A DNA stretch of 63,702 bases, the filler included, from Sluysia triapertura (lineage: Eukaryota): NCBI GenBank assembly GCA_046118255.1. It is 5 parts of 5 records of this genome, joined end to end, with 100 filler letters (N's around TTAATTAATTAA, not from the genome) between each part and the next. Parts side by side here need not be neighbours in the genome. Positions count along the whole stretch, not along the records: positions 52,416 to 63,702 come from JBJNIA010186336.1; 4 more parts are not named here. The stretch is one strand, 5' to 3'. Under the pieces are notes generated by a model. That model saw nothing but the letters and a program-made list of their open reading frames with translations, was not told the origin of the DNA and did no database searches. The translations under genes and the position numbers were made by a program. Below, in pieces: positions 53,629-63,702 of the stretch. Each line of letters starts with the position of its first letter. Position 1 is the stretch's first letter.

Positions 53629-53720
53629 TGTAATAAAGTTTATAATAAAATGCTCAATATTAAGTGAATTCACCTACGATCCTAGACTTACGAGTTACGG
53701 CTAGTTCGTAGAATTTTAAA
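53629..53720 (-). mobile_element. LTR 3' end remnant (motif copy E at 53664-53716)
   Basis: TGTAAT...AATAAA...GTGAATTCACCTACGATCCTAGACTTACGAGTTACGGCTAGTTCGTAGAATTTT. Confidence 0.55.
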
Positions 53721-56700
53721 GAGTAAAGACTAAAGATTACTGGAGATGGTTAATTATATTATTTTATGTTCTTGTTGTATACTAATTTATATCTTATTGT
53801 TATCCAACTAAATTCTACGCAATTTTTAACTATGAAATTGAAATTTATTTTATCTAAGTCACTTAAGTGCGACCTCAAAAGGGTTATTTTGTAGTGCTAA
53901 ATGAAACCTCAAAGATAATTAATTTCAAATGAATATCTTTACAAACCTATCAAATTTTATTAAAGTTAAAGACTTAAAATTCTCAATAATCAATTTTCGC
54001 TGGTTTTTTCTTAAATAGAATCGTTGATATTTTGTTAAATTGTGATTTTAATTCGACTCCTTATTAAATAGAATCGTTGTAAAATTAATGTAATGTTTTC
54101 GTTCTCTAATTAAACGGAACCATTAGGAGTTTATCAAAACAATTTACTCAAGTTCTTCAAAATGAACCAACGAAACGATTTTCATTTAACTCAACAAATT
54201 TATATTGAATTATATATTTTACTGCGGCTTCCTAGTTAAATAAAATCTTAAACATAAATTTAAATTCACAACGAAATAAAATTTAAATTTATTGAAGAAA
54301 TTTTACAAAAATAATTATAAAGTACAATATAATAAGAAAAATTATTCGAATGTATCTATGAATATGTATAAGTAGAATTTTATTAGGTTATTCTTTTTTC
54401 AATGATCTTGAATTCTTTTAAGAATTTAAATTTGATTTCATACGGTAATCATGTTAAAGGATAAACCTTAATAAAATAGAATGATTTAAAGTATATTTTA
54501 AAAAACAATATTAAAAATTGTTATAATCTTATTAATTAAAACTAAAAATCAATTGTTATTATCTCTGCCAATGTTAAATAGAAATTAAATATAGACAGAA
54601 AATCTTCGTAATTAAACTGAAATTCTAAACCTGACAAAATCAATTGTAGAGAAATACAGTTAAACACTTATAAGTTAACTAATGGTCTAATCAATCATTG
54701 CAATTAAACACTATTTATATTTGAATATTAACCTTCAAAATGAATTACACAATAAAAAATAAATTATTGATTTAAACACAATCTGATTAAAATAATAATT
54801 AAAAATTTTCATAAATAAATAAAATGCTACACAAAATACAAATAAAATATGCATAATAATATTCATAATAATAATATTAAAATATTCACATATTTAAAAT
54901 TTAATAAAATATAATGTTATTTGAATATATTATGTTATTGTTAATGTATTATTGTTAATAATGTATTATAGTGTTATTGTTAATGTCATCATCTTAATCA
55001 CAACAGTATGTCTCACGTATTTTTCTAGATTTTTCTTATGATATTCTATTAAAGCTTTCTTTTCTGTTGTTAAATCATTTACTTTATTTTGAAGGCCAGC
55101 GACTAATTCCGAATCATATCTAATCTCACTACATGTCCGTCGAACTTTGTTAATTATTCTATGTCAAGTTTTATATCAAATTGTTATGAAGAATTTATAA
55201 GAATCTCCCTCATATTTATTTCTTTAGCTTGGTTCTAAATTGCAACATTAGATGGAAATTGGTCGATGTTTATAAATCTAAAATTACAAATACCAACAAA
55301 CTATTCCGGTGTACTAAAATATTCAATTTTTATTACGATATTAACAAAATACGGTATAGTGTACCAAATAAAATTGTTAACATAAAAAAAATATTTAGTA
55401 AGATTACTTACAAACTTTATCAAATTTTGTTTATTGTAGAATTTTATTTGTTGTTATTTTTGTTGCGTAATTTTAATATTTAATTTTAAATTTCATACAA
55501 TATAAATATAAAATTAATAAATTACAGCTAATTTTCAATGTAAGCAATCCAAAATGATGTTTATTTATTTGTTCCTCTATAATTCAACATTGTTATTGTC
55601 GTTAGCAGACAGAGGCACGTGTAATAATTAAATAATACATATTTTTACATAAACCTTTATAATAATAAAATAGTATTGAAAACAATAGCAATAATAATAA
55701 TTTTATTATCTAAGCAATAAATCTGTATAATTACTTAACAAAATTCTTAATCGTATTTACTTTAAATTAATATTGAATGTTATTGAAATTAATCTTTTGA
55801 AATAAATCTATTAGAAATCCCGAGAGGTTTTCAGGAAAAGCTTTTTGAGCAGTTCTTTAACATTTTTTGATTTGATTTTCTAAAGGACTGAATGTATCTC
55901 AGAATCTTTGCAATTTTTTCAGTTAATAATGACTTCACTTTGGGCTTTATGAGTAACAAATTAAATTCAACATAGGATTATAAGGTGCCATACTAAAAAT
56001 ATTGTGAAATTTAAATCCTTACATTAATCATACATTCTTAAAATCTGAGTGATAGAGTGCATTATGTTTAACTAAAGCAAATAATAGTCTGAATTATTTC
56101 TTTTTTAATTTTGTAAGGTCTTCAATCAAATCTGAAATGATAATAGAAATTTAAAAATAATAGTAATTAGTGAATAATAATAATAATTATTTGGAGGGCT
56201 TGGTTAATTTGGTAAATTTTAAAAATTTCAAGTTTAGAACTAAATGAATAGAACCTTTATTTATTTTAATTATTATAAACCTTTTAAATTTTATAATTTA
56301 CTAAAACTGAATTAACAATGACATTAGGCTTAAAGCCTTTAGCAAAGGTAAAATATTATGACAGAAACAAATTAATTAATTCAATCAAGAAAAATTTATT
56401 TAATAACTGAAAAAAGCGCAAGTAATACAAACATTAAAATTAAATCATGAGTATAAGGTCTTGTGATAGGAGTGATTGTTAGGAGAAATAAAATAATTAT
56501 TTTGTGTTGTTTCTGCACAATAATCGAAAAGTATATTACAATATTGGCTTCTAAAAAGACGCATATTAACATTTAGATAATTGATTAATTTTTTCCATGA
56601 ATATTAATTCTTAATTATTGTTATAGATTTTATAATTTCAGGTAATAATAGTGTTCTTCAACTTCATGAAATAAATCCACGTTATTACTGTTATTCTGAT

Positions 56701-58518
56701 TATTGTCCTTGTTAGATTTGAGTTTGGATAAACTATTTCGTCTAATTGTCAAGCTACTATCACAGTCATTACTGGTTATATGTATGTTGGATCCTGATAT
56801 TTTCAAACAATGATTTTCTTTTCATCATAGGTTGTTTATTTTAACAATATTTTGTTAATTTTATTTATTATATTTAATCAAAAAATGATACAATTTTATT
56901 ATTAACAATTATTATAAATAATTTTAAATATTATTTTTATTATATAAATTAAAAAAACATTATAAATTGAAATAAAAATTCAAGAAATAAATTTCAAAAA
57001 TTATAAATAATAAGTTTTAATAAATATTTGTTTAAATAAATCAATTAATTTAATTTGTTTAACTAATGTCCCGTGCCCAATATGGCGAATCAAAATGCAT
57101 ATAAATATAGAAGTTGAATTAACTTGACACGATTTTCTTTTTGCAATAGATTGACTGGAAAACTTTGTGAAAGGTAACTTAAAATTTATAATCCTTATTT
57201 TTTATGGAATCAGAATGCGAATAATGCTCAGTTGAACATAATTTATATACAATTTTTAAATATTCCACTTAATTGGAAAGTTTTGATTAATTTCGAGGTA
57301 TCCTTTATCACTAATATAATTTTATAATAAAAATCAAATTTAATAAAATCTTTTGGAACTTATAAACCAGGATACTAATTATTAAATTTATTAATTTTAC
57401 ATAAATAATAAAATCTTTTATTTTATAAATAATATTAATTAAAACCTTAGATTTTATTCTATAAATAATTTTTAAATATTTACGCATTTTGGCTACAAAA
57501 TTTCATTCAATTTATGTTCTCAACGGAACAATATTTCAAACGACAAAACGACAAAGTTGCCGTAATTAGATTATTAGTTTCTCCTTTCATAACCTAGAGC
57601 TATAATATTGAATTAAACAAATAACTAGTCAGAAAATTTGATTAATATCTGATTTTTCTGATTTTTTAAAGATAAATATTTGCCATAAAACTATATGTAT
57701 AAATAAAATTAAATGAATTATTATATTATTACAATAAAAATATTGTTTGAAAAGTACTTTTAAAAATAGTATTAAAAATAACATAATGCGATATGAAACA
57801 TAAAAGATATCCGTCGAAACTGAAAATGCTTTACATTTGTATGCTTTTGGTACACGAAAAAATTATTTAAGATTTTAGAATAAACATTTTTTCGAGATTA
57901 TTTTTTTAATTATTTGAATTGTCATTAAAATTTAATTTACTTTATAATTAATTGCAATTTTTCAAAAGATATTTTTAGCTCCAAGATATTATAGAAAAAT
58001 AGATTTTAATTATAAATCAAAGAAGAGAAAATTTATGAATTAATAAAATTATTTGGTGAACGAAAAAAAATTACAGTGTAGGGCCATTAAGGTGTAGTGA
58101 TTGGGGTCCAAACTGGGATCCAAGCTTTTTACGCGGCTTAAACAAATTCACGGATTATTGGTCTGCAGCTTAATAATTCTATACTGTATTTAAATTATTA
58201 TAAAATTAATTCAAACGAATTTCATTCTTTTTGTGGCGAAAGTTGAAAAAATAAGAAACAATAATAAATCATGAAATATCTCAGAATTGTAAAACGTATT
58301 TATACATAATTTATATTGCAAAATACCAAAATCAGCTACCAAAGAATGTCATATCATCATAACATTACGCAAGTATTTAAAATTAAAAGTATTTAAAATA
58401 TTTAAAGTTAAATTTAAAGTTAAAATGATCTAAAAACAAATATAATTTAGAAAATAATATTTTAAATAAAATATTTAGCATCTAAATTTACAAATATCTA
58501 CGATCATTCATTTTACAA

Positions 58519-58913
58519 TGTAAAAAAACTTCAAATGTACATTCATATTTATATTGTTAATAAAGTTTTCAATTTTCGTTAAAATTTTATCATTATAGTT
58601 TTAAAATCATAAACTTGATTATTTAGATGTTTTCATATACTAGAAGTCAATTCTAGTTAGTAAAATATATTTTTTCCGATTCCATATAACGGAATCGACG
58701 TAACATTATAATTCAATTTGTTAAATTTGACACATAACTAAATTTTTAAGAATTTACCTCCAGAATTAAGAAGTTAAGTAAAATCTTCGTAGTTTAAAGT
58801 TAAGTATCATTTTTCTTACGTTAAAATCCAACGGCTGGCGTTCGCTGGTAAGTCCAGTACGTTGGTGAACTCACGTTAATTAATTCGTTTTATTCTCTAA
58901 CTCACTTGTTTAC
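58519..58913 (+). mobile_element. Solo-LTR remnant (motif copy F at 58823-58874)
   Basis: TGTAAA start, GATTCC..GGAATC hairpin, AAATCCAACG...CGTTGGTGAACTCAC, TTTATTC, ends TTTACA; boundaries approximate. Confidence 0.55.
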
Positions 58914-59235
58914 ATAAGGAAAGATTAGAATGAAATAGATAATAATTAAAGAATTAAAATACAGAAATGAAATATACGGTACACTTTAATTAGTTACATT
59001 TATATACGTAGTAGTCGAATGAGATACATAAATAAAAATAAAAATGAGAGGGAAGAAAACTTTATAATTTTAGCTTCAAAACTTTTAAATTAAATGATGT
59101 GGTTCTACTTTTAAATCTATTATTAAATGTATCGTCGTAGGTTAAGTTCAATCGACAATTGTAAAACATTCAACGAAAATAAGTTTCAGTTTAATGAGCA
59201 AAAATCAAAAATCGAAATTTAAATTATATAGAAAA

Positions 59236-61100
59236 TTAATAAAACATTAATACAACATTTAAGAGAAATATTTCTAAAGATTTAAATAAAATCAAATGAA
59301 ATACAAGAATACAGTAAACGTATTTAAGTATAGTAACAATAATTGAATAAAAACAGGTAGATACAGTAGTTAAAACTAGAAAAAGTAAAATTAGAAAGTT
59401 TACAAATAACAATAATACAACAATAACATTAACAGTATTTTTAAGAATACCATGATAAATTTTAATTGTAAAACTGGGTATAATTGTTAAAGTGCTTAAT
59501 ATTATAAAATTTGTTATGAACATATATTGAATTTGCGTTGCGGTTAGCGTATTTTGTATATTATATATGTTATTTGATGATTTGATAAATGTGTTAAATT
59601 GCACTGAAGTTTTCTTAAGATTTTACTTATAAGAAATGTGTTGAGTTATGTTGAAGTTTGTTTATGATTGTGTTTATGACTAGTGTGCTTTTATCTTGAC
59701 CTCATTACATAACTATAAAATTTAAAATTCCCCATTGATTTTAGGAGCTTATTTAAAATAGCTTTTGAAAATGGCGTTGTTAATTTTGGGTGGACATTAA
59801 CAGTTTTAATTAATAAAATCGATTGATTTTCTCAATATTATCTTAAAATTTATGTAGTGTAATAAATATGTCATTAGTTTACAGAATTAAGATATGTTTA
59901 ATCTCTGCAAAGCTAATTTAAAATAGCTCTTTTAAAAAGTAGTTAAAATTGATTTTGAGTCGGAGTTTGAGCACTACTTAAAATGTGTTATATTTATACA
60001 AGAACAAACTAACCTAATTTAACATGGAATCAGCTATTTTTGGTTCATGAATATTTGAAATTGTTCAGAATTTTTTATCTTGGTATTTGAGGATTTCTAA
60101 TTCAAAAAATCACATTTGTTGAAGTTCACTTGTAACCAAAATTTTTGTAACTTGTAACTTGTATCAGTATTTAGTAAAAAATTTATTTTTTGCTTTGAAA
60201 AAATTGAATATGATATTCTTGACTCTGTTATTAGTTTAGATTAAAGTACATTTGTTAATTATTTTAATAATAATAATTTTAACTCAACAACTTTGTATGT
60301 AGTATAAATAATGATGTAAATGATGAAATTTATCAGTGTTATAAACACCGCGACGAATACACAACATGACGGCATAGATATCGTAAAATAGTTAATTTTA
60401 ATGATTTGTCTTGATAAAGTTAAATTTCGATGTATTATAATGATCAAATTAATTCTCACTAATAAATCATTATTGAAATTACGTATTACGTATTGTATCG
60501 AACGTTATTAGTGGAAATAAGTTTCATATTTGATCAAATTTATATTCAATTTAAATTGATGTGCGTTTGTAAAAGTAAGTGACCGACTTCAATAAATAGT
60601 CAATTATGCTATCATTATTCTTTGATGGCATAATATATTATCATTATTCTGTAATGGTATATTAATCATGTTAAATTCTGATTTTATTATTCTGAATTAG
60701 ATAATAGTTTATCTTTGTATAATAAGACTGGAAATGTTTTAATGTGATTTGGTACTTATAAAATATGTTTTTGTTGGGTTAAGTTACAACTATAGCTTTA
60801 TATCCACTGGGAAAACCTTGTTAATTGGATTTTTTAAAATATTTGTTTTCATTGAGAGTTTTACTTTATAATTAAACAATTATTTCAGACATTGTGTTAT
60901 TAAATACGATCTTGAATCTACAATTTTGTCGTTTTAACTTCGGTAATATTTAAAGAAATTAACAATAGTAACCGAGAATATAATTGTAAGCAAATAATGT
61001 AATGAACACATAAATCAATAAATTAAACCTGTTCCTACAAAAATTGTACCAGAATTATAATAATATAAATACAGAATTGAATATTAAGATTTCTTTCAAT
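59236..61100 (-). pseudogene. Possible decayed multi-pass membrane protein gene
   Basis: Hydrophobic minus-strand ORFs 59604-59236 and 60459-60259 plus broken TM-like segments near 60900-61080; AT bias alone can mimic this. Confidence 0.25.
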
Positions 61101-62462
61101 ATGATAAAGTATATTTTAAAATTGATTTTTATTTATTCTACTAAAACAACATAAATGATTTTTAGTGGATTTTAATCCTTATGTTATATAATAATTAACT
61201 TAAGATTCTTTTACAACAGCATAATCGATTAAAATGAAGTCCTTGTTGGGAACAATTTGAAAATGTTTTTGAGAAAATTAACAATTTTGCGGCACTTGCA
61301 AAGTTATATTTCAACAACTACCAAACTGCTAACCCAAAATTTGTATTTATCAACTTATATATATTCTTGTAATCAAAAATCATAAAGTCTTCATCATTTA
61401 TGTAATCTCTTATTCATTTACATTTTTTAAAAGGCATTAGAATAATAATTATTTATTAATTCTCTTGATTAGAATGGCATAAATGGATGTTACGCCCTTG
61501 TTTTGTTAATAATATTATTATGAATATTAGACTATTATTAATGTTATTATTAAATTGCATAATTACAATTATCATGCCTTTTGATAAAACGGAAATTCGA
61601 CGGAAATTATGACAAATTTTTGATTAATCTCTGACCGCTTAAACCTGTGTTGCCGACACACACATTAATTAAGTTGAATTTTCAACTCCATATCAATTAT
61701 TTAAACACTATATAAATGACCTTTTGTTATAAAATAGCACAATAAAATATACGGAGTTCTGCTGATGGAAGAAGCTTATTTGAATGCACTCTGATTGAAT
61801 CTTTTATACTTTTATCAATTAAATAAGTTTTGTTTCTAATTAATTTAATTTATAATGGTTAGTTTGGCCTTATGACCTTATTGTATTCGTTAATTCATTG
61901 TTATATATTCATTGTATTATGTTTTAGTCTATATATTTTAGTAATTTACAACAATTTATTGATTTGTCAATTTTGTATTGAGTTTTATTGAATTACATAA
62001 ATTTATTATTGAACCATAATTGAATTTGATATTGTAATAAAGTTAAGTTTTAATATAATTTAATATAAATTTTTTGTTAATTTCAAATAATTTAATTTAA
62101 TTAATTTAAAATAATAACATAACGAAGCCCTTTAGGGTTAATAGATATTTATTTGGAATTAATTGTTTTAAAATTATTTTCGTCATGTTTTTAATGTTAT
62201 AGTGCGTTAAATTTAAACATATGATTATAAAAGTGTTAATTATCTTTACAAAAATTAAAAACGTATACAATATTATTAAAATTAGCCTTTATAAAATTTA
62301 AAATAAAATTTTCTTTACAAATTTCATTGCATAAATAAAAGATTAAAGCATAACATAAGATTTTATTACTAAACGTATAATAAATAAAATTTATAGGCAG
62401 AATAATAGAAAAATTTATGTTAATTTTTGTGGTGTCTATATTTTAGAATGTTACTATTAGCT

Positions 62463-63600
62463 TCAGTTGTGAAGTTCTGAAATATAATAAATAAAGATAA
62501 AAGTGATGATCATGGATAAAAAATTCAAAGTTATTTGTAGTATTAATTCACTTACGATGCAAGAGTTAGTATTTTCATATTGTAGATGATTTTGAAGACC
62601 ACTGAATTTGGACTTACTGTAAAGATAACTCGAATTCATTGATACCAATAGGTTGTCCTTTTTTGCCAATGTTCATCAGCTTATTGTTCATCTCCATTAA
62701 TTTGACAGATTTTGTGATAAAAACTACAAAATTTTCCGAACATGGTACATTCTTCAAAAGCATTTGATTGATAATGGCATTGTGTTTTACGTACTGTAAT
62801 ATCATTTAATAACAAATCCCAAGGATAAAAATGAGTAAAGCCGTCTTCTGTACTTATATTTGACTGGTTCTTGTACATTTCTAATTAAGAATTCAATATT
62901 TGATCTAGATGGTACTTCATCATCAGTAAGAGTTAAGTCATTTAAGCTTTTGTTGATATTACATACATGTAAGTCATTCAAAATTGTTTTACTAGCATTT
63001 CTATAAAATGGGTTTGATATAAACGTTGAACAAGGACTCTGACTAAGCTGGTACATATTACTCTTTCGGTATCTGAATTTAGGAGACATAATTTGTAATT
63101 CATTAGCACTAAAATTACGATCTTTATCTACTGAAAGACATATTCCTACATTTAACTTTGATAATAAAAAGTATTGTTGCTTATTATTAAAATTTATAAT
63201 CTCTAAGATAATAGGGAAATCATATTTCGAGTTACTGTAACGCAGCCAACGATTTTTATTACGTTCTTTTACATGTTGTAGTTCGACTCCACCATGATAG
63301 CACATTATAATTTTTATTAATTCAATCTGCTTCTTAGTTCTGGAATTGATAATAGGTCGTACATTTTCATCTTGATCTTCATGAAGTGATTGATAACTAA
63401 CAAACTTATCTAAAGAATCATTATTTTTAAATTCAACCGTAAAATCAGTTTTGACATTATCATCAAGTTCATGTACAGTTTGATTGTTATAGCTATCATC
63501 ATTTTCATTTTTATAGTTATTTATACAAGATGCAACTTGTTACTAGATAAGCTTGTCGATCTTGTCGAATGTTTCGAATCATAAATTTCTTTAACATCTA
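62463..63600 (-). pseudogene. Frameshifted gene with C-terminal transmembrane anchor; 5' end probably beyond the window
   Basis: Four overlapping minus ORFs (63305-62802, 62878-62681, 62805-62614, 62669-62463) ending in LILQITLNFLSMIITFIFIYYI. Confidence 0.45.
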
Positions 63601-63702
63601 ACTCAAATTATCTTCATTAAATTCACGACTAAATGACTTATCTTCGGGATCAGGCATGATTTTAATTTTTGGTAAAACCGATGCATTATTAGAAGTAGTA
63701 AT

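Noticed and set aside
53990-54135. Spaced TTAAATAGAATCGTTG-like repeats resembling a CRISPR array
   Set aside because: Only 2-3 degenerate units in a eukaryotic context with no cas genes; a decayed minisatellite.
36283-55483. Short I/L/F/N/K-rich ORFs (36283, 38549, 48617, 55229)
   Set aside because: Composition expected by chance in very AT-rich DNA; no motifs or splice support.
58844-58874. GCTGGTAAGTCCAGT...ACTCAC resembles the twister-sister P4 loop and cleavage site
   Set aside because: The loop lacks the conserved residues, the 5' core is absent, and other copies do not keep this hairpin.

Overview
Very AT-rich eukaryotic (animal) genomic scaffold, not prokaryotic. It has GT-AG spliceosomal introns as short as 31-35 nt, five assembly gaps (four with an artificial TTAATTAATTAA spacer) and many transposon remnants. 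The compact introns and divergent proteins suggest a reduced parasitic invertebrate such as an orthonectid; this is inference only. One gene reconstructs completely: an 8-exon hnRNP K (948-2165, 322 aa), facing a coiled-coil gene. The rest is largely disrupted genes: two DEG/ENaC channels, TRPM-like 3' exons, a Mab-21/cGAS-fold-like gene and several frameshifted ORFs. Mobile DNA includes a Ty3/Gypsy 5'LTR-PBS(tRNA-Met)-gag remnant with several related solo LTRs, a NeSL/R2-like LINE remnant, piggyBac, hAT and pogo MITEs, and a tRNA-derived SINE-like head. The most unusual signal is a ~52-nt element conserved in six dispersed copies of the LTR family. It shows compensatory base-pair changes, a possible pseudoknot and splice-site-like sequences on both strands. 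All protein family calls are motif recognition by eye; no searches were run.
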